In this document: positions 49,406-60,100 of the stretch, one piece after another | Layout of the letters: the number at the start of each line of letters is the position of its first letter | Position numbering within the stretch: position 1 is the first letter of the stretch | Assembly (NCBI GenBank): GCA_965235115.1 | Contig: OZ249440.1 | Coordinates: 24,428,001 to 24,492,000, forward strand | Length of the DNA stretch: 64,000 nt | Source of the DNA: Laetmonice hystrix | Lineage: Eukaryota | Direction: 5' to 3' | The notes under the pieces: generated by a model | What the model saw: only the letters and a program-made list of their open reading frames with translations | What the model was told of the DNA's origin: nothing | The model's database searches: none | Translations under genes and position numbers: made by a program

Positions 49406-50425
49406 CTGCTGTACCTGGTATTGTGATCGAGGGGTCCGAATGACTCTATCTGTGCGTACGTGGAATGACACCATATACCAGAACCACTGATATATAGTTT
49501 GCCATTACCTGCCTTTATGGGCCATGTGGCCTAAAATAAAGGTATACACGTACATGCATCTGAGACTGGGTCCCAGGTGTCCTAATCATTATCACGTTGC
49601 AGACTGGATCTGGTTAGGAAGCTACCGTTTCGAAATGGCTGACATTTGTAAGAAGTCATTCTTGTCTATTCCCATTTGGTCCAGCAACCTGGAAGACCCT
49701 CCTCGTCAGGTGAATGCGTATCGCAGTAGACACCACACATTTAACCTGGGAAAGGATGCCAACAGTTGATGGCACTAGAAAACCTTTTGTTAAACACGTC
49801 ATGCCTCCGTGATGAATGTTTCACAATCGCAGTCACTCAATTTAGTTTTACGACAAAAACATGAGAGAAGAGATAAGGAAAGACGAAAAACTGAGAAAGC
49901 AATTGCCTGGAAGTCTTTTGAACGGCTAATGCTGCCTTCAGCGCAGCGCAGAAAATAAGCTGTACTTGCATGAGTTGTGGTCTCGCTGTATTGATATAAT
50001 TGCCAGCCATAGACGTATATTGTATGTTTCTTCTACATCTGAAATAACCCAGAAACACTGTGTAAAGTATCTCATCCTATAGCGTTTGTAGGGAAGAGCC
50101 GAGCCAGCGCGGCTGCTCAGTTTGTGGGGTAAAACAGAATGATGTTGTGCAATGCTCTGACAGGATTCTGACCGCGAGATACTGCCAGTAGATCATCAAG
50201 ATGCTGGCAATCAGCGAGGATAGGTCCAATAGGTTCTACAGCGTCTGTCGACCCGTGAAACTACACGTGGCGCCCCCTATCTTGTAACGAGTCGTTTCCG
50301 GTAGATTTGCCATTCGTTATTGGTAGATCCGACGGGAGACAACTTGGATACACAGGTGATTGATATAGCAGGGGGCGGGAATAACCAGAGCAACTCATTG
50401 ACGGTTTGATTAGATGTGACCCTTG

Positions 50426-50574
50426 NNNNNNNNNNNNNNNNNNNNNNNNNNNNNNNNNNNNNNNNNNNNNNNNNNNNNNNNNNNNNNNNNNNNNNNNNNN
50501 NNNNNNNNNNNNNNNNNNNNNNNNNNNNNNNNNNNNNNNNNNNNNNNNNNNNNNNNNNNNNNNNNNNNNNNNNN
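50426..50574. other. Assembly gap (149 N)
   Basis: Run of n. Confidence 1.
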
Positions 50575-50856
50575 ATATCAAACATATTCAATGTTAGTCA
50601 TCTTCCAAACACCCTCCCTGCTCGGAGCACTGCAAAATGAGCTTGTGTCTCAAGAGGCGATTCGCCGGCTAATGGAATGAGCCATCATATTAAATTGATG
50701 ATGAGTTTTAGAAAGTAGTAAAGAAACAGTGTTTTAGAAGGGCCTGTTGGAACACTTGAAATTGTGATTGGCTCGGACACCTGGAGGGTATGGGGTTGAG
50801 GGTAATAGGGGGCCGGATAATGTTGACTTCACGCCTTGGTGTTGGATGCTACCTGG

Positions 50857-50941
50857 GGCCAGTTGCATGACGGTCTGTTCGTTAAAATTCTCATTGAAAA
50901 TACATGGGGAAATTAACGAACGGACAGTCATGCAACTGGCC
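50857..50941. other. 85-bp inverted repeat or hairpin
   Basis: ggccagttgcatgacggtctgttcgttaa pairs with ttaacgaacggacagtcatgcaactggcc (29-bp arms, 2 mismatches). Confidence 0.8.
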
Positions 50942-51555
50942 AATGGCAAAATACAAGGCGCCTGTTACGTAACCCCAGGATGTAGACACGAGGAAGTGGT
51001 TTTGTCGCATTTAAAAAGGAGATAGGTGAATGATTGATGTGGGATCCTGACTGGGAAAGCCGTCAGGAATTGACGTCAGAAGTCAGCCCAAGGACAAGTT
51101 GAAAATACTCTAAGACAAGATGGATTCATCTTTCGGAAGAAAGAATAGATTAGATAGTAAGTAACAGAAAAATGAGAAAACATACCTAATGGTTGTCCCA
51201 AGGATCTTATTATTTTCATAATGTACAGGCACTGCATTCAGTGGTAATGTAATCTTATTCCGTCCATCTTAAGTGACGTCGAAATGTGATAAGAGACAAC
51301 GAGTCAGCTAACGTTTGCAGTTTTTAGCGTAAACTAATTTCTATTGCAAAATATACATAAAAGAATGAACTTTGGATCTCGTTTGCCACAGCCGATGTAG
51401 CAAGATGAACATGTTATACTTCTTCCTGTCCTGTGTGAATTATTCATAATCGTTCATATCTCGGCCGTCCTGTCACGTGATAGCATGTACACGAGAAAGC
51501 ACTCTTAATGGACACTACGGCAGACGTCAGTGTCAGGATAAGCCTTCAGTAACGA

Positions 51556-51568
51556 CCACTAGAGGGCG
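51556..51568 (+). promoter_or_regulatory. CTCF-like motif CCACTAGAGGGCG
   Basis: Consensus match. Confidence 0.5.
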
Positions 51569-51976
51569 TGCATGCCCATCAGAAAGGACCGTTACACTTG
51601 TAAACAAAGGAACACAGGTCTGATGATCAGAGGACGTCTAGGGTTTCTAATAGGTGCACGGAAGATGCACTCAGGAAAAGAGCTTTGATAAAGCAGTCAT
51701 AGTAAGTCATTGTTATCTATGGGCATCAGTGGGCAGGAATTGCCCAGTTAACTAACGACATTGATGTATTGTAATTACTTGTACTGAGTACGAGGATGCA
51801 CTAGCGTTGGAACGGAAGACATTGATAAGTGAAAGGAAATAATAAAAGTGGCTTCACTTCTGCTGCCGTAGTCTCGGTCGTAATCGGAGCGGTATTAAGT
51901 TGAATACCTTGATATAGTTATGACTTTTGGTGTGGCAATGAAACATCTTTTGACATCGGTTTTACAGAAGTAAATT

Positions 51977-52149
51977 CAGGCCCGTAATTTCCATCAAATT
52001 ATTCAGGGGGGCTATTGAATTATTGAGGGGGCTCGACGAACAGATCCAAGGTTCTCCCTGGTAAAGTAGGATAATTATTAGGCAACACTGAAGATATTGG
52101 GGGGGGGGCTTAAGCCCGCTAGCCCCCCCCCCCCTAAATTACGGCCCTG
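51977..52149. mobile_element. MITE, TIR CAGG(G)CCCGTAATTT, 5-bp TSD AAATT
   Basis: caggcccgtaattt ... aaattacggccctg, with AAATT on both flanks. Confidence 0.85.
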
Positions 52150-53294
52150 AAATTACGGATCGACTGGTTGTTAGACTATTACAGTAATCCTGGTCACGCT
52201 TTAAAAGATTTCACTTTCTAACTTACCTTCCCAGGCCCTCAACATTCTTATTCATACGACAGAATCTGATGTTTACTCAGGACCGATTGTAAGAGATTCC
52301 TAGAATCCATGCCGTGATTTGCTAATAAATTTATGTAATTAATTATGATTAATTTATCATGCCACTTGAGAAAGCTGACTGATCTAGTTGTAGCGTACTT
52401 TTGATCTGAAGATAACGCTGGACGACGTTGTTCTGTTGTTCAGCTCCCTAGGTTAGGAAGGATCGAATCGCACGGTTTTCGGTCTCCTATCCTTCCCTCG
52501 TTTGTCACCATCTGGTTTCCCTAAAGTCCTGTACCCACTGCCCAGAGCCAGTAAAAGTAACTACTGTCAGAAGTAATACCCCTCACCGTTACTCATTACA
52601 AGCCAATAACAGGAGACTGGGCCCTGACCGGGGGCGACCCAACACTCAGTCTCAGCGCCCTTTTGGGAATTCAAGGGAGCATGACCTTTGGCCCAATTTC
52701 ATTACCATGCATTTTAAACCAACATGTACATGAACTTCAGTCTAACATCGAAATCTTCTTGTGAATAATTTATTTTTTTGATATTGATTTAGATATGGCA
52801 AGGTAATGTAATTATAACCATGGAAACCTAACTCGGACGGCTACAGTAGAGGTGAGACGCCAATGTGATGGGAAAGATCACAGCGGCACGAGCGGTGAAT
52901 AAACACAGATTAAAGTCGCCTTATATCAGAGTTTCTGTGACTCAGGGGGACTCGGCAGAGCTCCGTATTGACATTGTGGGTTCGGCAATCCGATTTAAGG
53001 ACTTCAAGTGCTGATCGGGAGCCTCACGTTCTCCTGAGAACAAACTGAGATTCCGTCCGTGTTTTGACATGATCGAGGATCTCGGCTAGTGTCTATAGAA
53101 TTTCCCTGAGTCCACAGACCACCGATGTTGAGGAATCTGAAGATGTCTGGCAGTGGTTCCGGCTGAGGTCGAAGATGGCTGCGCCACTGGGCGGGGATAA
53201 TGTTTACACTGTCTCCCACTTGAGGCCGCATCTTGTCGCTCTAGTGTTACCTGGCCAGGGACTGCATTTACCTGGGAGAGTGAGGTTGAGACCT

Positions 53295-53775
53295 CAGGAG
53301 GCTGCAGCTGGTAGGTTGGTCCTTGGATCAGGACGCTACAGCAGCTGGTAGGTTGGTCCTTGGATCAGGACGCTACAGCAGCTGGTAGGTTGGTCCTTGG
53401 ATCAGGACGTTACAGCAGCTGGTAGGTTGGTCCTTGGATCAGGACGCTACAGCAGCTGGTAGGTTGGTCCTTGGATCAGGACGTTACAGCAGCTGGTAGG
53501 TTGGTCCTTGGATCAGGACGTTACAGCTGCTGGTAGGTTGGTCCTTGGATCAGGACGTTACAGCAGCTGGTAGGTTGATCCATGGATCAGGATGCTACAG
53601 CTGGTAGAATGGCACTCATAAAGGAGGCAGCGGCTCGTAAGTTGATCCTTGGATCAGGATGCTACAGTTGGTAGATTGACGCTCGTAACAGGAGGCTGCA
53701 GCTGGTAGGTAGATCATTGGATCAGGATGCTACAGCTGGTAGATTGATGCTCCTAACAGGAGGCTGCAGCTGGGA
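53295..53775. repeat. 37-bp minisatellite (cagcagctggtaggttggtccttggatcaggacgcta), about 8 good copies plus a degenerate tail
   Basis: Read directly. Confidence 0.93.
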
Positions 53776-55922
53776 GGCTGTCTACCAAATCCCCTGGCGG
53801 CCTATGGCAGGCTGCTGGTGACAAGCCCCTGTCATCAGTGTCTTCATACTATAATAGCTCTATCCAGAAGAACAAATCTACAACAGGCGTAACATGGCAA
53901 CGAATAATAACTTATAGCAAGCTCTATAACAGAGACTATAAAATCTGATTTTAAAAAGGGCTTTACCTCTAAATACTTAAAAACTTTAGAGAACAGTCCC
54001 AGAGCACATGGAAGCCGTGAATGTCCGGAAGTAAATAGGCTACAGGAGCCATCAATAAATCTGGTCAGAAAGTATAAGAATTGATTTTGTCCCAGGGCTT
54101 CCACATAACCGTGACCTGGAGGTTGGTATCTTTGACCTGTCAGGGCACCTTCAAACCAAATCATCTCAGCTGGGCAGATTTTGTGCCTCGTGTGACCTGA
54201 AGGGTAACTAGATATTTGTATCGATGGACATCTTTTCCTATTACGTGCAAGGGTTGGGGAACTATGAGATGAACTACCAGACAGCAGATTTAGAAAATAA
54301 GATAATAATTTCGGTCCGTACCCACAGGGGGTTGGGTGGCTGCTTCTTCTATTCACACCGTGGATTATAATAAATAAAAGAACAATCACATGGAGACGGG
54401 TAGGGTTGTTATAAATCGCACCAAATGGCACCATCTGAATTATAGAATTATAAATTTCCGGGGCGGGAGGGGGGGGGGCAAGCCCCCTGATTCCCTAAGT
54501 CGGCGTGGCAGCTTGTCGCTGCAATCCCTCTGCCTCTGAGTACGGCCTATAATTGGTCATTTAGGATCGGAGTTCGGAGAAAACAAAAATGACTTTGACT
54601 TCTATAGTTAATCTAAAATAGCAAGAATGTAATGGATGCTTGTTGCTGATAGTTCTATGCTGTTGGCATACTTTTTGATATCGTTACAGAACAACATCTA
54701 GTCTCGATAGTATCACGTACGCCTCCGACTGTGTATACACACTCGCGAGTTTAAGGTGTCTTGTCCTCACGAGAACAAGTGTGAATTGTTTACTGTGTCA
54801 GCTGTGTGCCAGAAAGTGGCTGAAGGTAAACAACATTACATTTCCATGGCAACAGGAGACCTAGAACAGGTACAATGGTGAACAACAAGAGGCTGCCCGT
54901 AGAAACATCTACTCTATCTTACATCACCCCATACCCCCCAGCTAACTGTACTGACGAACAGTGTTTTAGCCTCTCTATCGCAGGTCATGGGCGACAAAAA
55001 TGAACGTTTGCAATATTTAGCCGAAGGTCATGGAGTTGATTTGGACACGGCCCTGGTGGCATGTCTCCCGGGGCCCGGAGCAGGCAGGAGAGAGTACTAT
55101 CCATCAGTACCAGCAAGGCCCAAGGGACTTAAGTTTGGAGGGAAAGCGAGTCGGAAATTTAAGCGATTAGCTATCAAACAGAGTTGGCCGTTTATGTGAT
55201 ATTGTTATCGGAAGAAGTTTTGGCTATGTGGTGTGAGATTGCACGTTAATGTGGTTTTGTTTGGATTGTCAGGGGAAAATTTACAAGTCTGTTCAAGAAT
55301 TAGCTTTATCTTAGGAAAGGGCATCAGACCCCCCGGACCCCCCCCCCCCCCCCCCGTACACGGCCTTGGCTTGGCCGATATATTTAACCAATGGAATAAG
55401 TTATGAAGCCATCCACAAGTGGTACGTTTTGAATAGAACGAGCGCCCTGATGACCAGCACAATGCGGCATGTGCCTAGTATACTATAGTAACCTATACGT
55501 AGACCTACACCAATACACCAATACTATATATTAGGCATATACTTTTATTTAACAAAGGACCTTTATTTGTCGCCCCCCCCCCCTCCCCCCGGCTATGTGG
55601 GCTGAGTGTAAATGTTCTGTGTTGTAGAACCACCACCAAGGGTTAACTGTTACAACCATTACCATAGTCCTACCTGACCGTGTTTGACGGGTGTGATATT
55701 CACGATATTCGTCCAAGGTAATGTCACTCAGATTCCATGGTGATGGTCCAGGTGTTGTGTCACACCTAGAGTACGCCGGACGGAATGTTACTCGGTATCC
55801 ATGGCGATGAGTTGGTGTTAGGTGGACAGTGTGTAAGGTTAAACTGCCCTTATATGTGGATGACTGCACAGTCTATGATATCACATGTTGGATGTTGGTA
55901 TACGTACTGATAGGCTACACTG

Positions 55923-56040
55923 CAGGCGCGGATCCAGGGGGGGGGGGGTCGAACCCCCTCCCCTTGGGCCCCAAAGAGAGTTTTGCAGGCGCGGATCCAA
56001 GGGCAAGGGGGAGTGCAGGGGCGCACGCTTCCTTTTTTTT
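55923..56040. mobile_element. Two truncated CAGGCGCGGATCCA MITE left ends in tandem
   Basis: The same terminus as 29704 occurs at 55923 and 55986; no matching right ends seen. Confidence 0.6.
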
Positions 56041-57172
56041 AAGAAGTGACAAAAATTATTGGTAGGCTAAGCCTAAATGCTTTGAGAAACTTTCGCATTC
56101 CGTCACAATTTCTATAGTAGCTAGTAGCTATATAATTTAGAGAGCAAATCGGAACTATATCAGACTTTTGTCCTAAAGCTTGTGTAATTCACATACTCAT
56201 CTATCCGTGGTATCACCACGCTTCTTTTCACTTTGAGGAGATAGCCATCGACCCACCACGGTAATGTTTCAAAGATCAATCTGTCATCAGTTTTGTGGGC
56301 CGGGGGTCATGCCCCTCACCGGGAGCGGTACCCCCGGGAAATTACAGGTGTCCAATTGCTGTTGGCCAGGAGGGGCGGGCCCGGAGGGGGGGGGGGGTCA
56401 CACGAAAGGTGCCACCCTGGCACAGAACGTTCGATTTCTCATCATAGGACCTTAGAGTCTACACATGAGGGAGACAGAAGTCAGCGCTCAGGAGAAGATG
56501 CTAACAGTGGCTCACAACGCCATTCACAGTTGGTCTCTTAGATCTTGGTTTGCAAAGAAGAAACCCCGTGACAATTAACTAAAGGAGGTACTACCGTAAG
56601 CTCTTTGTTTATTTTTGACCTCCTGGAATCTTGAGAGTTAATTACAACCTGCTTATATCTAGAGGCGTTGTAAGTCTATGGATTGATGATCGATGACTAA
56701 CTGTAAACAGTGATCTAGTTGAGGACGTCATAATCTGATCAGATCTTAGTGATAGCTAACAACCATGCATGGTTAGCCTACAGTTTAGCAAATTTTGAAA
56801 CTTCCCCCCCAGAATGTTTGCAAATAACGACCACCACTTCCATAAATAAAGAAGTTCATCAGATCGATTCGCGCATACTTTGTCTTATAAACAGTGGACC
56901 ATATTCGCTGTCAGTTTCATGCCATGACGTTGCGTCTGGTCACCATGGCGACTGCCGCGCACTCTCCCGGTGCATGTCTGTCTTCGTCTTTGATTGCAGG
57001 AGAGTGTCTGTTATCAAACTCTATCTCATTAACGTATATTAACTACTCAACCTGACTGTGTGCACCACCACAGCATCTTCCTACTTTGATGATGGAGTAT
57101 CATACTTAAGTCGCTTTGTTTTTGCTGTGTTGCAGATATGACATTCCATTTGCGTGGGGACGAACGTTAACC

Positions 57173-60100
57173 ATGGAAACATACATGCAGATTGTTTGGT
57201 TGGCGGCAGGCCTGTTGTCTTGGCAACAGCAAACATTTGGTAAGAGGAAGTCTTCATGTACTCTTGTTGTATATTAGATATTGGAGTTGTAGATTTTAAG
57301 GGAAGTCTTAAAGTTTAAATAGGTCATCATGGTAAAAAACATAAAACAAACGAATTTCATTCAGCAAAAACAGATTTGTAAAGATTGGTGAAATTTCATA
57401 TAACCATTTCACTTATAGCCATTTGTATAGGCCAATAGTCCTAGGGGTGGATTCAGGGGGGGGCGAGGGGGCCGCGGCCTCCCTAAATTCGCCTTTCGTC
57501 AGGGTACCAATCAGAAAAAAAGGCAACATTTTCTTGCTCGCAACTGTAAAAGCAAACATTTTGCTTTCTCAGAATGCAGGAAATGCCATTTCAGATACTC
57601 TAGATGTTCAAAATTGTCCGGGGGCATGCCCCCGGACCCCACAGGGCTCGGGCTTCGCCCTCGGATGACCAGTCCCCCTTTTCCAAAATCCTGGATCCTC
57701 CCCTGAGTCTGGTCCCAATGTTTTAATGTTTGCCGATGTTTGACGTACCTGCGAGCCATCTATCTCAGGAAATGTCACCTGAACATCAGGCCAAGGCTCT
57801 GCTCTCATTGGAAGTAAATTCTCCACATCAGTTGTATAAAACGGCGGTCTACGATATCCCCGTCAACAAGTATAATAGTTTCTCCCGAACAGACGTACTT
57901 CCCAAAATACATAGATAGGATGAAAATGTTTGTTTCTGTAGCAGTGATACTGGCCGTGTTTGTTTGTGATGGGATGGGATCTGTCACACAGCCCGGGCGG
58001 GTGGTACGCCACGGCTGTGTGTCTGAGGCAGTCAGACCTCTATAGACGGAACTCATCGACTTCATGTGTAATGATCATATTGTGCGGCTCGGCGCAAGGT
58101 GGCGCTGTCAGTTTATGGAAGGCGATAATGTTGCTTGGTTTCTGGCACTGATTTTACCTGGTGGAAAAACAAACCTGAGTGAACTTAAGCTGGTTTGCTG
58201 TGGGGCGGAGGGTTACTAAATATCAACACCCGGCTCGCAAGCTGAGCTCGACCACTGCAGTGAACACTTTAGTCTTGCCACTTGTTAAAACTTTGTAATG
58301 TATGTTGACTTTTTTTCAAACCTACCTTTGGAGTGAGGACGGGTATCAGTTACTGTTTCCTACAGAGATTAAAGGGGTACAGGGAGCACCCTACCAGTTG
58401 TTGGGGGAACTCAATGTGACTATGTCGGGGAGCTTGGGGCGAAGTCTTTGTAGCAGCTGAGAGGGGAACTTAACAGTGAACCTTCTATAAAAGTGAAAAA
58501 ACGGAAGCAGTTTTTGGTTGTTTATTTATTTTGATATAGGCTTGGTGGAACGGAAGAGACGCGCTAAGGACTTTAATGATGTTGTAACGTAAATTACGTA
58601 ATAATCTTGAAAAAAAACATGACAATGAATTACTCATGCTTAGAATACATTTTATACAGGATACCCAAAAACATCCTATAGACACTTGTCGTTGTTCGCA
58701 TTTCTACACAGGGAACCTCATGCCAAGATACCAAGATTTTCTAATGGGAACGTCATGATTGTTTACGATTCATGAGTGATGACTTAGAGGTACTCTTGAT
58801 GGATGAGTCAAGACGGTTTTGTAAACTAAGGGAAAATGTGAAGCTACACATCCCATCACTTGGTTTGACATAATAATTACCGAATCACATTCACCCTAAA
58901 AAAATCACGTGTCGAGTCAAAAGTGATCTGTAGAAAGTATGTACGCCTAACTTGACTGCAGCACGCGGCCTCTACGTCCGTATATAGGCGCTGAACGCGA
59001 GCCCCAGGGACTGTCTGTGGGTACACCTATAGGACTCAATGCCTTTGGCGTGGACCCAGAAGTCATTGTCTGCCTGTGGCGTGGACCTGCGTCCCACTGC
59101 GAGTGTGTGTGGGGATGTAGTGTGTAGGAGTGGGTATCTGTATGGAATTATGGTGCATATTGGATCTACAGCCCCGGGCCCGTCTCTGGGGCCGACCTGC
59201 ATCCCCAGGCCTGTCTCTGGGACAGACCTGTAGCCCCAGGCCTGTCTCTGGGACAGACCTGCATCCCCAGGCCTGTCTCTGGGACAGACCTGTAGCCCCA
59301 GGCCCGTCTCTGGGGCAGATCTGTATCCCCAGGCCCGTCTCTGGGGCAGACCTGTATCCCCAGGCCCGTCTCTGGGGCAGACCTGCATCCCCAGGCCTGT
59401 CTCTGGGACAGACCTGCATCCCCAGGCGCGTCTCTGGGACAGACCTGGAGCCCCAGGCCCGTCTCTGGGGCAGATCTGCATCCCCAGGCCCGTCTCTGGG
59501 GCAGACCTGCATCCCCAGGCCCGTCTCTGGGACAGACCTGTAGCCCCAGGCCTGTCTCTGGGGCAGACCTGTAGCCCCAGGCCCGTCTCTAGGACAGACC
59601 TGTAGCCCCAGGGCCGTCTCTGGGGCAGACCTGAATCAGGCCCGTCTCTGGGGCAGACCTGTATCCCAAGACCCGTCCGTGGGACAGACCTGTAGCCCCA
59701 GGCCCGTCTCTGGGGCAGACCTGTATCCCCAGGCCCGTCCGTGGGACAGACCTGAATCAGGCCCGTCTCTGGGACAGACCTGCATCCCCAGGCCCGTCTC
59801 TGGGGCAAACCTGCAGCAGGCCCATCCATGGGACAGACCTGCAGCCTTCAGGCCGTCGGGCGTGCCCGGAGTCACACTGGCCAGCCATCCTCGCGCCATC
59901 CATTATAACCACTCACATAGCCTACCGGTAAAATGTTTGACTGACCACTGCCCGGTCCGATCTCCCGCCACAGCTGGTCATATACCTTGATGTGTGTGTG
60001 TGGGTGTGTGCGGACACCTGAACCCCCACCCCCCACCCCCACCCCCCAGGTATCCAGCTGGCCGGCCCCTCCGACCCCATCATCCGGGCGGTAGGACCGA

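Noticed and set aside
50130-50250. TRP/PKD-like NLLDLSSLIASILMIYWQYLA peptide on the minus strand
   Set aside because: Single short hydrophobic stretch beside an assembly gap; no partner exons identified.
50261-50680. ORFs spanning the N run
   Set aside because: Artefacts of the assembly gap.
53844-54434. 196-aa minus-strand ORF
   Set aside because: No recognisable motif, begins in MITE-like sequence, and composition is not convincingly coding.
58972-59990. 285-, 149-, 137- and 103-aa ORFs
   Set aside because: Derived from the 31-32-bp minisatellite.
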